A DNA stretch of 64,000 bases from Macrostomum lignano (taxonomy: Eukaryota): NCBI GenBank assembly GCA_002269645.1, contig NIVC01000991.1, forward strand, positions 248,001 to 312,000. The letters are read 5' to 3'. This document shows positions 54,801-64,000 of this stretch, one piece after another (within the stretch, counting starts at the first letter, position 1; every line of letters begins with the position of its first letter). The translations under genes were made by a program, and so were the position numbers. Under the pieces are notes generated by a model, which saw only the letters and a program-made list of their open reading frames with translations, did not search any database and was not told the DNA's origin.

Positions 54801-57800
54801 GCTGCTCCATCCGCCCGGACAGCTGGGCGATGTTGTTCAGGTGAGTCTGATAGGTGGTTAGACAGTTGGCAGTTAAGGTCGGGCGGACACTGGGGCAGTC
54901 AGGTCCAGCGACAGACAGTACGAAAGACACTTGGACAGATGCAAAGATAGCCCACAAGGCTTACACTAAGACACTAAAAGACGCTAATATAGACATTAAA
55001 ACAGACACTAAGACAGGCACTAAGACAGGCACTAAGACAGACACTAAGACAGGCACTAAGACAGGCACTCAGACAGGCACTAAGACAGACACTAAGACAG
55101 GCACTAAGACAGGCACTCAGACAGGCACTAAGACGGGCACTAAGACAGGCACTAAGACAGACACTAAGACAGGCACTAAGACAGGCACTAAGACGGGCAC
55201 TAAGACAGGCACTAAGACAGGCACTAAGACAGACACTAAGACTGACACTAAGACAGGCACTAAGACAGGCACTAAGACAGGCACTCAGACAGGCACTAAG
55301 ACAGACACTAAGACAGGCACTAAGACAGACACTAAGACAGACACTAAGACAGGCACTAAGACAGGCACTAAGACAGGCACTAAGACGGGCACTAAGACAG
55401 GCACTAAGACAGGCACTAAGACAGGCACTAAGACAGACACTAAGACTGACACTAAGACAGGCACTAAGACAGGCACTAAGACAGGCACTAAGACAGGCAC
55501 TAAGGCATTCACAGAAATGCACTTACAGACAAATCAGAAGCAGAATATCACAAGCATCATTCCCTGCTCCGCACTTCAGACCATCCTGCTCACAGACTCC
55601 AGCAAGGTGCCTCCAGCTGGGTATGCCACGCTGGCATTCGCCTCGCCAGCCATTCACACGATCTGCTACATCTGCCTGGCACTCTACTTGGACTTCGTGC
55701 TGGCCTCGGGCAACGGCCTGTGCCTGTCAGCCGGTTACATCCTCCAATCCGATTTCTGGTGTCGTTCAAAAAGCGACGGATCTTTGGGCGAAGTGCCGGA
55801 GTTGACAACTCCACTAGCCAATATTGAGCCAATTAAGGAAGACCTGAGGCCTGTGGTCACAATGTCTAACATGTCTAAATCGCTACCAACTGGTTGCTAC
55901 GGTATAAATCATCGAGAGAACGAGGAGAGAAACCTGATACTCGACAATATTTCCGGTAATGCGAGTTTGTACGCTTCAGTGGCTAAAGGGAAATAATTAG
56001 TAAATTGGACTAGCAATTCAAACCCCCTCTGGGAGAGCGCCCGATATAGAGAACGCAGTAGAGTTCGACTTACTTATGATAACCAATAGAACCTCAGTAT
56101 AAATAAGCTAGTGCGAAAACTTTATTGTTACCAGGGGCGTCGCCATGGATTTTATGGTGGGGGACAAAGCCAAGAATTGTACATGAATCGGTGTTGTCAG
56201 CAATTATTTTGGCGTCACAGGCACTCATTTTAGCGCCGCAGCAGGCACTCATTTTTGCCCCGCAGCAGGCACTCATTTTAGCGCCGCAGCAGGCACTCAT
56301 TTTAGCGCCGCAGCAGGCACTCATTTTAGCGCCGCAGGCCCCATTTTGTTGCCGCAGGCGCTATTTTTTTTTAGGGGGGCTGTAGCCCAGCGGTAGCGCA
56401 GCTGCTCTGGTGTGCCGTGACCCAGGCTCGATTCCAAGTGCAGCCACATTAATTTGGGGCTGAATTGGAATTTCGGCTTGGCTCGCTTGTGCAATTAACG
56501 GCCTTGAGAGCCAACCCCCCAAGGCGCAGTGAAGTGTACATGCCTAACAATAAATAAAGTTAGGGCCGCTGTACACTCCTGTGTGAGTGTGTGCCTGCGT
56601 AACGTATCCGCGCGCTTGTATGCCTGCTCAGGGGAGTCGGCGGAATGGGCAGTAATGCCTCTCGCCGGTTTGTGTGCCAATGACGCTTAAATTGCGCCAG
56701 GGTGCACACAACCCCCCTGCCTCTAATAAAAAGGCACTCATTTTAGCGCCGCAGCAGGTACTCATTTTAGCGCCGCAGCAGGCACTCATTTTAGCGCCGC
56801 AGCAGGCACTCATTTTAGCGCCGCAGCAGGTACTCATTTTAGCGCCGCAGCAGGCACTCATTTTAGCGCCGCAGCAGGTACTCATTTTAGCGCCGCAGCA
56901 GGTACTCATTTTAGCGCCGCAGCAGGTACTCATTTTTGCGCCGCAGGCCCCATTTTGTTGCCGCAGGCGCTATGTTTTGTCGCCCTGAAACAAAATTATT
57001 GATTTTCGTAACAGGTCAACAAAGGTGGTGCTGAGGGGACAAAGCATTGGCATGTCCCCCACTGGGGAACATGTCCCCCCTGCCCCCCCCCTCGCTGGCG
57101 AAATAGTTATTCCTCTCAATTAGGTTAGTAGCTACGAGGATCTCTTACTAATATAAAATTTTATTAGTATCCTAAAATTTCCAGATTAATCTATTCTACA
57201 AAATGAAATCAATTCAGGTAAATGTTAACAAATTAATAAATTAACAATGGGTTCATGTGCCATTTGTTTGAAATTTACAAACAACAAGCGTATGTAATCG
57301 AATGACGTACACATATTTGTAGTTCATCAGCAAAATACATACTTTAAGCAACACTAGCTGGCATAATTGTAACAGTTTCTACAAAGGCTGTTGATGCTAC
57401 ATGCTTGAAATGCTGAAAACACTGACATTCTGGGATGGATTTTCTTTCAAAGGGTCCGATTTGAACTCCGTAACGTTTATTTGCTTTGTCCGTGTAGTCT
57501 TTTCCGTATCTCGCTCCTGCTTGCTCGTTATTGACGCCCTGGCTTTGGTCCTGCCGAACGAGGCAATATCGAATACTAGTTCGAATATTTCGCACAATGT
57601 CAATAGCGACATTCCCAAGTAGATACCCATGATGCCGCCAATATCCGAGATGAACTCTTGCACTCCGTAGTCTATAGAGAAATTCAACCGATCGCACAAT
57701 ATTCGACGCGGCTTGAAGTGTATCTTGATCACATTGTTGCGAATGTACTCCGCGGCTGTTGATTGGTTTGCAGACACTAGCAGGTCCAGTGCAGGTACGC

Positions 57801-60800
57801 TTTGGTTCCTGCTGCGGGCCTGTTGCCAGGCCTGCGCGATGCTGCTGCGGATGAACGGAGCCATGGAGCTCTGGGTGGGCCAGTCGGAACCGGAGACGCT
57901 AACCGAGTATTCCAAAGTACTGCACGGCCGTTTGGACTGACAAGCAGACTTTGTGAGCCGGTCAAACTGGCTGCTTTTGTTTACTAACAGTTGGTCGCGA
58001 AAGAATACAAAGAAAGTTGAATCTCCGGTGAGATTCATGACGAACTTTTTTCCTCTCAGAGGCCACGGCAGCGGACCGACATTGCCGGACATGTTGACCA
58101 AGTCCTGCGTCTGCTTGTGAAACTCGTAATAGAAGCAGTAGGAGTAGCTGTATGAGTGATTGTAAGGAGTCTGGTCGTACGTGTTCACGTACTGAACGCT
58201 GGGCACCTCATCCAGACAGTTAAACTGACCACTCTTGTACACCTGCTGGGTCATGTCGATCTCGACAGTGTGAAACTTGCCAGGTCCAAGCGAGAACGAG
58301 CTGACAAAATCGGACGGATATTCGCCTGGTGGCGTGAGGAAGACTCGAACCCCAGCCCGCCGGTCCGGCCCATTGTAGTCCGCAACGTTGAGCGACCAAT
58401 CCGACACAGGGATTTGAGTCCGCCTGGCGAACACCGTCTGCAGGATGTCATTGCCGCTGGTTGCCAGGCCATCGAAGGCCGAATCTGTCACCAGCGTGAC
58501 TACAATACCAGACGAAGAACCAGTTTGCACTATTTTACTCTGCCATGTGCTGTTTAGAGCCCACTTTAAACAGCGCAGGTACATCGGATGGTAGAAGGTC
58601 TCCGCTTCGATAGGTCTATACTCGGGCATGCCGTAGTCCGTATTGTACGTCACGTCGCTAGTGATGATGTTCTGCTCGTTCCGGTGCGCCAGCGCGTCAA
58701 CCAACAGCCGGTAGGGCAGCGACTGCGGATAGGCCATCGAGAAGTCCATCTCAAAAATTTCAGCGGCGCGACCGGTGATGCCAATGGTTGCCAGTTCGCG
58801 TTGCATGATCAGTCGCGATGCATTTAACAGATTGTTGATCTGGGCGGCTTCGGCTGCTCCAACGTTGGCTGAGTAACTGCCGGAGATCGGGTTCTCGTAG
58901 CAGGCGTACACGTCCGGGAACCGGAAGTTCAAACTGTTGCCCTCGAGGCTGCTGGTGATTTGCCTAGCCTGCAACTTGACGACTAAATCGTAGAATCCTT
59001 TGAGAAACAATCCCGCCATGGCGAGGAACACGGACAGCCAGGCCAGTCGGACAGTCAATGGTTTGTTGCTAACCATCCTTGGCAGTCCGTGCGACGTTGT
59101 GGACGCCATCGCCTCCTTGAGTTGCAGCATTATTTGGCAGTTTTTTGGTAGGAAAAATATACCTTAGCAACTATTTTTGCTTTATTCTTTCGCTGAAGTT
59201 TGCTTTTATCCTTACTGAGGCCACTCTGGCTAATTGAGTGCCGGAACAATGCACACACCACTGCTCAACGCGGAGTGATTTATTAGCTAGACTAAGCTAG
59301 CCGGCGGAAAAGTGCGACGAACAGCTTACGTAGACTGCAATTGGACTTTATACTGAAAGCTTAAAATAAGCATATTTTGCGCTCTATTTCTGCCTAACTG
59401 ATTGTTTCAATGCAGCAATGTCAATACATTTTAGGCTCGAAGGTATTGTGTAAACTTTGCCCACTGCACAGCTCTCAGGGCAGTCAGACAGTTCGGGTAC
59501 CTCAGAGTCCCTGTATTTTATTAAGCACATAATTTCCGATTTATTGTATAAACAGTTCCGGGAGCGACCGTTTGTCTAATCAGAGATTACATTTTATAGG
59601 CGTCTGGATTAGAAACCCGTTTTGGTTTTGCAATTGTAAAGTAGAAAGACAAATTGGACAGTGACCAATCCAGGCGCAATTGTAAGTAGTCCCTGGTGTA
59701 AAAAAGTTACCATGACGGCGCGGGATGTTGGTAAAAACATTAGCGCGTTTTTCCAGCTGGAGCAGAGAATGGGAAGGGCCAGGCTGCACTGCCTGATTGT
59801 CCTGCTTTGTACTTTTATTGTAAAATAGCCAATCGGAATCCAGATACATCTGGATGTAGAAACTGCTAAAAACTCAAGTTGAAGTACCAAATGTACTTCC
59901 AAGTTTCTGCTGACAGTAAGACAGACACTAAGACAATTTTGCTCTAAGTAACTTTAAAATTCACATTAGCTCGTAACACACCCTCTTCTGCAGTGACAAT
60001 CTACGAGAGCCAGATCACGGCAATCATCGGGCACAACGGTGCCGGCAAGTCCACCCTATTGAAGATCATTTCCGGCGAAGAACGGCCAACCAGCGGCTGG
60101 GTGTGCATCGACGGCTGGCACACGGACAGCTCGGTGACTCCGCTGCGTCTTCGCGGCCAGCTTGGCATCTGTTCGCAGCGGAACTGCCTTAGCAATAGTT
60201 TGACAGTGCGGCAAACTATCGATCTCACTTTGATTAGCTGCGGCATGTACCCGGATCAGGAGACTGAAGAGCTCGACGATATACTCGAACTGCTGAGGCT
60301 GCGAGTCAAGCTGATGAGCTCCGTAGGGACGCTGAGTGGCGGACAGAAACGAAAGCTGAGCATAGCGCTGGCTCTGCTCGGCAATCCCAGAGTTGTCATC
60401 TTGGACGAGCCGACAAACGGTGTTGATCCAGTTTCTAGGCGTCGGATTTGGAAACTGCTGCAGGAACGGAAACACGGATGCGCCATCCTACTCAGCACTC
60501 AGTTCATGGACGAGGCGGACACCTTAGCAGATCGTAAGATTCTGCTATCAGCCGGCTCGATCATTTGCTGTGGCTCGTCGCTATTTCTAAAAAACGTATT
60601 CGACAGCGGATTCATATTCGAGGTGTCCGTCAAGTCGCCGGAGCTGATCCCGACGTTATTGAAGCGCATCGCCGACGAGTTTCGCACGATTCGTTTGAAG
60701 AAACAATTTCGAAATAATCTGGAGCTGCAGGTGTCCGCTAACGAGCTCGAATTGTTGCCAACATTTGCCGCGTTTTTAGAAAAGCGAGTCGACTTGATAG

Positions 60801-63323
60801 CAGCTTACGGATTGGCCCAACCAACTCTGGCAGACATTTTTATCCGACTGAAAGACTTCGATCCGAAACAGATTTTGAAACTGTTCGAAACTAAAACTGT
60901 TAGCCTGTTGGCCAGCGAAACTAATCAAGCTGAGAGTCTCAGCAGCATTGTCAACCAGCCGAAAGGAAACGCGCTGGACACTCTGGAAGCAAGAGTTCTA
61001 GCGCCGTCTGTTACTAAACGGTTCAACGCCATACTAACTATTAATATACGTCGAATCTATCGTACGAGAGCAAAGCTCTGCCTTCGCCTGATAGTGCCCG
61101 TCCTGCTGCTGGTCTGTGTGGCCGCTGCCGCTATAGTCGAGAGCGTCACGCGCAATCGGAATCAGCAGAGCCGACGGGTGCTGCACTACCGAAACATGCA
61201 GTTCAACAAAGGCGTGTGCGTGTTCGACTCACCGAGCTCTAAGTGAGCATCCCAAGGGTGACGGGCGACACACTTTCAAGACGTAGAAATCCAAGTTTTA
61301 AAAGAAATAGATCGCTACCCAGATCATGTTACTTAATAGTACAGTCACGGGGCGGGATAGCTCAGTGGTAACACCTCTGACCATCGCACAGTCATGTTAG
61401 TTTGGCGCTTGTCACGCGGTCCACCCCCGAGAGTGTGCCCCCTCTGTCGATGAGACTTCACAGCAGCCTACGGCTTGGCCCAACCAACTCTAACTGACAT
61501 TTTGATTCGCCTGAAAGACGTTGACCAAAAGAAGGTTGCGAAACTGTTCGAAACTAATACCTGTTAGTCTGTCAGCTTGTTAGGCTCTTTGGGGGTTGCA
61601 ATTATGCCTGTGGTACGCATCCGTGTGCATGTGCAAGACTGCCTCTCCTTGCTGACTGTGGGTCAACTATAGTCTTGATTGCGGCGGCAGTGCCTAAAAC
61701 GTTCCCTATAGTCTCTTAAAAGGCGTCAAAATTACGATCGATGTCTTGCCCAACTATACCTAGAGGTCGAATTTCAATTGCAGAAACAAAAAGGAGCCGA
61801 CGGCTGATGACTGCGCAAAATTATTCAACGCCAAGTCTAGCTCGGGATTCAAGGTGCTGTCCAAAGTTCAGGTGACTGGCATCGACGGTTTTCTAGAACA
61901 GGATGACGTCATCGATATGATGAAGCAATATTGCGACGGCTCAACAGAAGAGAAGGTGTGCCCAGTGTTTCACACGGATGTCTGGAGCACGTCGGTACCA
62001 AATGCAAAGCGCGAGGCAAGCATTGGCCTGTACAGTGTATCACCCATCTATAACAGCACCGTTATAGCGGCCACCATCATGAGTGCCTACTCAAGCGTCA
62101 TGAACTACTTTGCTGGCAGCAGCGGAGGCAGTAAAGCTCAAATACGCGTTGAAGCTGTGGATGATTTCAAGAAAACTTTTTTGCCTCTATTTGGAGCTTT
62201 TGTTCAGATCATAATCTTGTCCGTGCTGCCGGCCACTTTCATGGAAGACACCGTCGAAGACAAAGAGGCTTGCGTTCGTTCGCAACTGAGTTCCATTGGT
62301 GTCTCTTCGGCTCATTATTGGGCAACCACCTTTGTGGTGCATTGGATTCAGTACGCCATTATTTATATTGTCAGTGTCATCCTGTTAGTCAGCATTCTTC
62401 CGCACAACTTTCTAAACCTGTTCTACACGACTGGCGTCTTCATTCCGACTCTATTTTTTGGCCTGACAAACAATCTACTATTCTCATACATTGTCAGCTC
62501 ATTCCTGTCGAACATTCAGCAGTTTGCTAGGATCAGCTGTCTATTCTTCTCCCTATGCGTCAGTGCGTCACTGCTAGCTGTCCAGCTCAACAGCGTCGCC
62601 GGCATGATAATGATCTACCTGCTGCCGCCATTCGCTTCTGTAGCCTTGACTTTCTACGGCACTAAAGTGTACTACTTCACCAATGCCTACTATTGGATTG
62701 ATGGCGAACAAGCTGCTCCGGAAGGTAGTTCAATCTACTTTGCGCACATGCACGTGTACAACAGCTTGATTGCCATGGTTTGTCACACCGGCCTGCTCGT
62801 CATACTACTCGTGGCATCCGAGAATCGTCACCTGGCGCTACACCGTTGCCAGAACCTCTGCCAGCGCTCCGACGAGACCTCCTATCCGCAGGGCGAAGAT
62901 CCGGGCGTCGATGAAGAGATTCAACGCATCGAGGAGCACCGTCATAATCAGGCGAACCTGTTGGAGGTGCGGCACATTGGCAAGACCTATCATCCCGGCC
63001 GAGTCAAAGCCGTTCGCGACGTCACTTTCGGCGTGACGCGAGGCGAAATATTCGGCCTGCTGGGTCCGAACGGTGCCGGGAAGACCACCACAATGTCCGT
63101 GATAGTTGGCGATCAGAAACCCAGTCGGGGTGAATGCGAAATTCGTGCCGGTGAGCAATGGCTGAAAAGTTGCAGCGCCGCACGCCTTGGCGCCATTGGC
63201 TACTGTCCGCAGCACAACCCCCTGTTCCCCTGCATCACGGTGGCCGAACATCTGTTCTTCTACGCCAAAATCCTTGGAGTTCACGAAGGCCTAGCCGAGA
63301 AGGACGTTCGCACCCTACTTCAG
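51892..63323 (+). CDS. ABCA-subfamily full transporter (ABCA5/6/8/9/10-like), 3' partial; exons 51892-52278, 53287-53418, 53615-53902, 54535-54840, 55580-55955, 59994-61242, 61784-63323, continuing past the window
   Basis: TMD1 with GLLQLLVQKGLSVRAYWL and LALYLDFVL. NBD1 GHNGAGKST, LSGGQKRKL, ILDEPT, STQFMDEAD. TMD2, then NBD2 GPNGAGKTT and GYCPQ. All junctions phase-matched (0,0,0,0,1,2); 1426 codons so far. The exon 3 acceptor is the least certain. Confidence 0.88.
52300..53238. repeat. 23-bp minisatellite (ACACCTGAGACTTTTGTCCCGAA)n
   Basis: Fills ABCA intron 1. Confidence 0.95.
54193..54490 (+). mobile_element. tRNA-derived SINE, subfamily B (different 3' tail)
   Basis: A box TAGCCCAATGG, GGCTCGATTC, shared core to GTGTGTGCCTGCG, then unrelated tail. 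In ABCA intron 3. Confidence 0.8.
54985..55503. repeat. 12-bp minisatellite (AGACAGGCACTA)n
   Basis: Fills ABCA intron 4. Confidence 0.95.
56132..57101. mobile_element. Non-autonomous DNA-transposon-like element carrying a 24-bp minisatellite (GCACTCATTTTAGCGCCGCAGCAG)n
   Basis: Starts CAGGGGCGTCGCCA. The right end retains only TGGCGA (partial inverted match) after GGGGACA/TGTCCCC subterminal motifs. Confidence 0.5.
56374..56732 (+). mobile_element. tRNA-derived SINE, full length, subfamily A
   Basis: GGGGGGCTGTAGCCCAGCGG (A box), GGCTCGATTCC (B box), tail TAATAAAAA; near-identical to 2571-2929. Confidence 0.88.
57397..59130 (-). CDS. DEG/ENaC (amiloride-sensitive sodium channel family) subunit, intronless, 577 aa, nested in ABCA intron 5
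   Basis: N-terminal TSHGL (HG motif), TM1, FP motif, GVRVFL...LGPG, RPC, and TM2 ISDIGGIMGIYLGMSLLTLCE. AATAAA on the minus strand at 57165-57160. Confidence 0.9.
   Translation of the reverse strand: MLQLKEAMASTTSHGLPRMVSNKPLTVRLAWLSVFLAMAGLFLKGFYDLVVKLQARQITSSLEGNSLNFRFPDVYACYENPISGSYSANVGAAEAAQINNLLNASRLIMQRELATIGITGRAAEIFEMDFSMAYPQSLPYRLLVDALAHRNEQNIITSDVTYNTDYGMPEYRPIEAETFYHPMYLRCLKWALNSTWQSKIVQTGSSSGIVVTLVTDSAFDGLATSGNDILQTVFARRTQIPVSDWSLNVADYNGPDRRAGVRVFLTPPGEYPSDFVSSFSLGPGKFHTVEIDMTQQVYKSGQFNCLDEVPSVQYVNTYDQTPYNHSYSYSYCFYYEFHKQTQDLVNMSGNVGPLPWPLRGKKFVMNLTGDSTFFVFFRDQLLVNKSSQFDRLTKSACQSKRPCSTLEYSVSVSGSDWPTQSSMAPFIRSSIAQAWQQARSRNQSVPALDLLVSANQSTAAEYIRNNVIKIHFKPRRILCDRLNFSIDYGVQEFISDIGGIMGIYLGMSLLTLCEIFELVFDIASFGRTKARASITSKQERDTEKTTRTKQINVTEFKSDPLKENPSQNVSVFSISSM
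61462..61576 (+). pseudogene. Frameshifted ABCA coding fragment inside ABCA intron 6
   Basis: AAYGLAQPTLTDILIRLKDVDQKKVAKLFETN versus exon 6 AAYGLAQPTLADIFIRLKDFDPKQILKLFETK (60799-60916); followed by a +1 insertion and a stop. Confidence 0.75.
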
Positions 63324-63463
63324 GTAATTTTAGATTTGTCTTCCTGCATTAGCTCAAACAGAGTAGAAATAGCAGCAGCGTATTCTGTCTAGTAAAGCAC
63401 GGTTAATCCGGCCTCGAGAGTGTTGCTATTGTTGTATAATTGTATAATTGTGTTGTATAATTG

Positions 63464-64000
63464 CTGTGTGACCGGGCCTATTGGATGAGTGTGCCAGGTG
63501 TCTTCAGCTGTGTGACCAGGCCTATTGGATGAGTGTGCCAGGTGTCTTCAGCTGTGTGACCAGGCCTATTGGATGAGTGTGCCAAGTGTCTTCAGCTGTG
63601 TGACCAGGCCCATTGGATGAGTGTTCCAGGTGTCTTCAGCTGTGTGACCAGGCCTATTGGATGAGTGTGCCAGGTGTCTTCAGTTGTGTGACCAGGCCTA
63701 TTGGATGAGTGTGCCAAGTGTCTTCAGCTGTGTGACCAGGCCTATTGGATGAGTGTGCCAGGTGTCTTCAGCTGTGTGACCGGGCCCATTGAATGAGTGC
63801 CAGGTGTCTTCAGCTGTGTGACCGGGCCTATTGGATGAGTGTGCCAGGTGTCTTCAGCTGTGTGACCATGCCTATTGGATGAGTGTGCTATAGGTGTCTT
63901 CAGCTGTGTGACCGGGCCTATTGGATGAGTGTGCCAGGTGTCTTCAGCTGTGTGACCATGCCCATTGGATGAGTGTTCCAGGTGTCTTCAGCTGTGTGAC
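63464..64000. repeat. About 44-bp minisatellite (TGTGTGACCAGGCCTATTGGATGAGTGTGCCAGGTGTCTTCAGC)n
   Basis: In ABCA intron 7, continues past the window. Confidence 0.92.

Noticed and set aside
51892-55996. Several small independent membrane-protein genes
   Set aside because: They splice in frame into one ABCA N-terminal half; the KTGT-repeat part of ORF 54854-55996 is intron 4.
56374-56446. tRNA gene (also 2857-2929, 38310, 54193, 61349)
   Set aside because: A/B boxes and a partial cloverleaf are present, but the arms are irregular and the sequence runs into a shared SINE body; 61349 lacks a B box.
59993-61246. Stand-alone NBD-first ABC gene
   Set aside because: Begins at a splice acceptor in phase with the exon ending 55955; upstream exons supply TMD1.
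63464-64000. CRISPR-like appearance of the 32-49-bp arrays
   Set aside because: Units are head-to-tail with no unique spacers, there are no cas genes, and the context is eukaryotic.

Overview
Metazoan nuclear DNA: GT-AG introns, GC-rich exons, AT-rich intergenic tracts and a very high minisatellite load. This style is consistent with a macrostomid flatworm, but that is inference only. Eight protein-coding genes can be reconstructed with phase-consistent splice sites: a class I/II PLP aminotransferase (-), a UCH-L1/L3 deubiquitinase (-, with a 10.9 kb first coding intron), ARF6 (+), RPS13 (+), NEDD4 (C2-4xWW-HECT, +), a divergent AGC kinase (-), an ABCA transporter (+, running off the 3' end), and an intronless DEG/ENaC channel nested antisense inside ABCA intron 5. 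Almost every intron and 3' gene flank carries its own minisatellite. The long intergenic and large-intron tracts instead hold decayed LINE, THAP and MITE remnants. There is a young tRNA-derived SINE family, a CORE-SINE remnant and several TIR elements. Best leads: the nested channel; co-location of relatives of several ENaC regulators; a codon-diverged ABCA fragment next to a tRNA A-box inside ABCA intron 6; a SINE flanked by a long target duplication; a CRE array in the kinase's last intron; and one minisatellite shared by two loci. All homology calls are by eye, with no database search.
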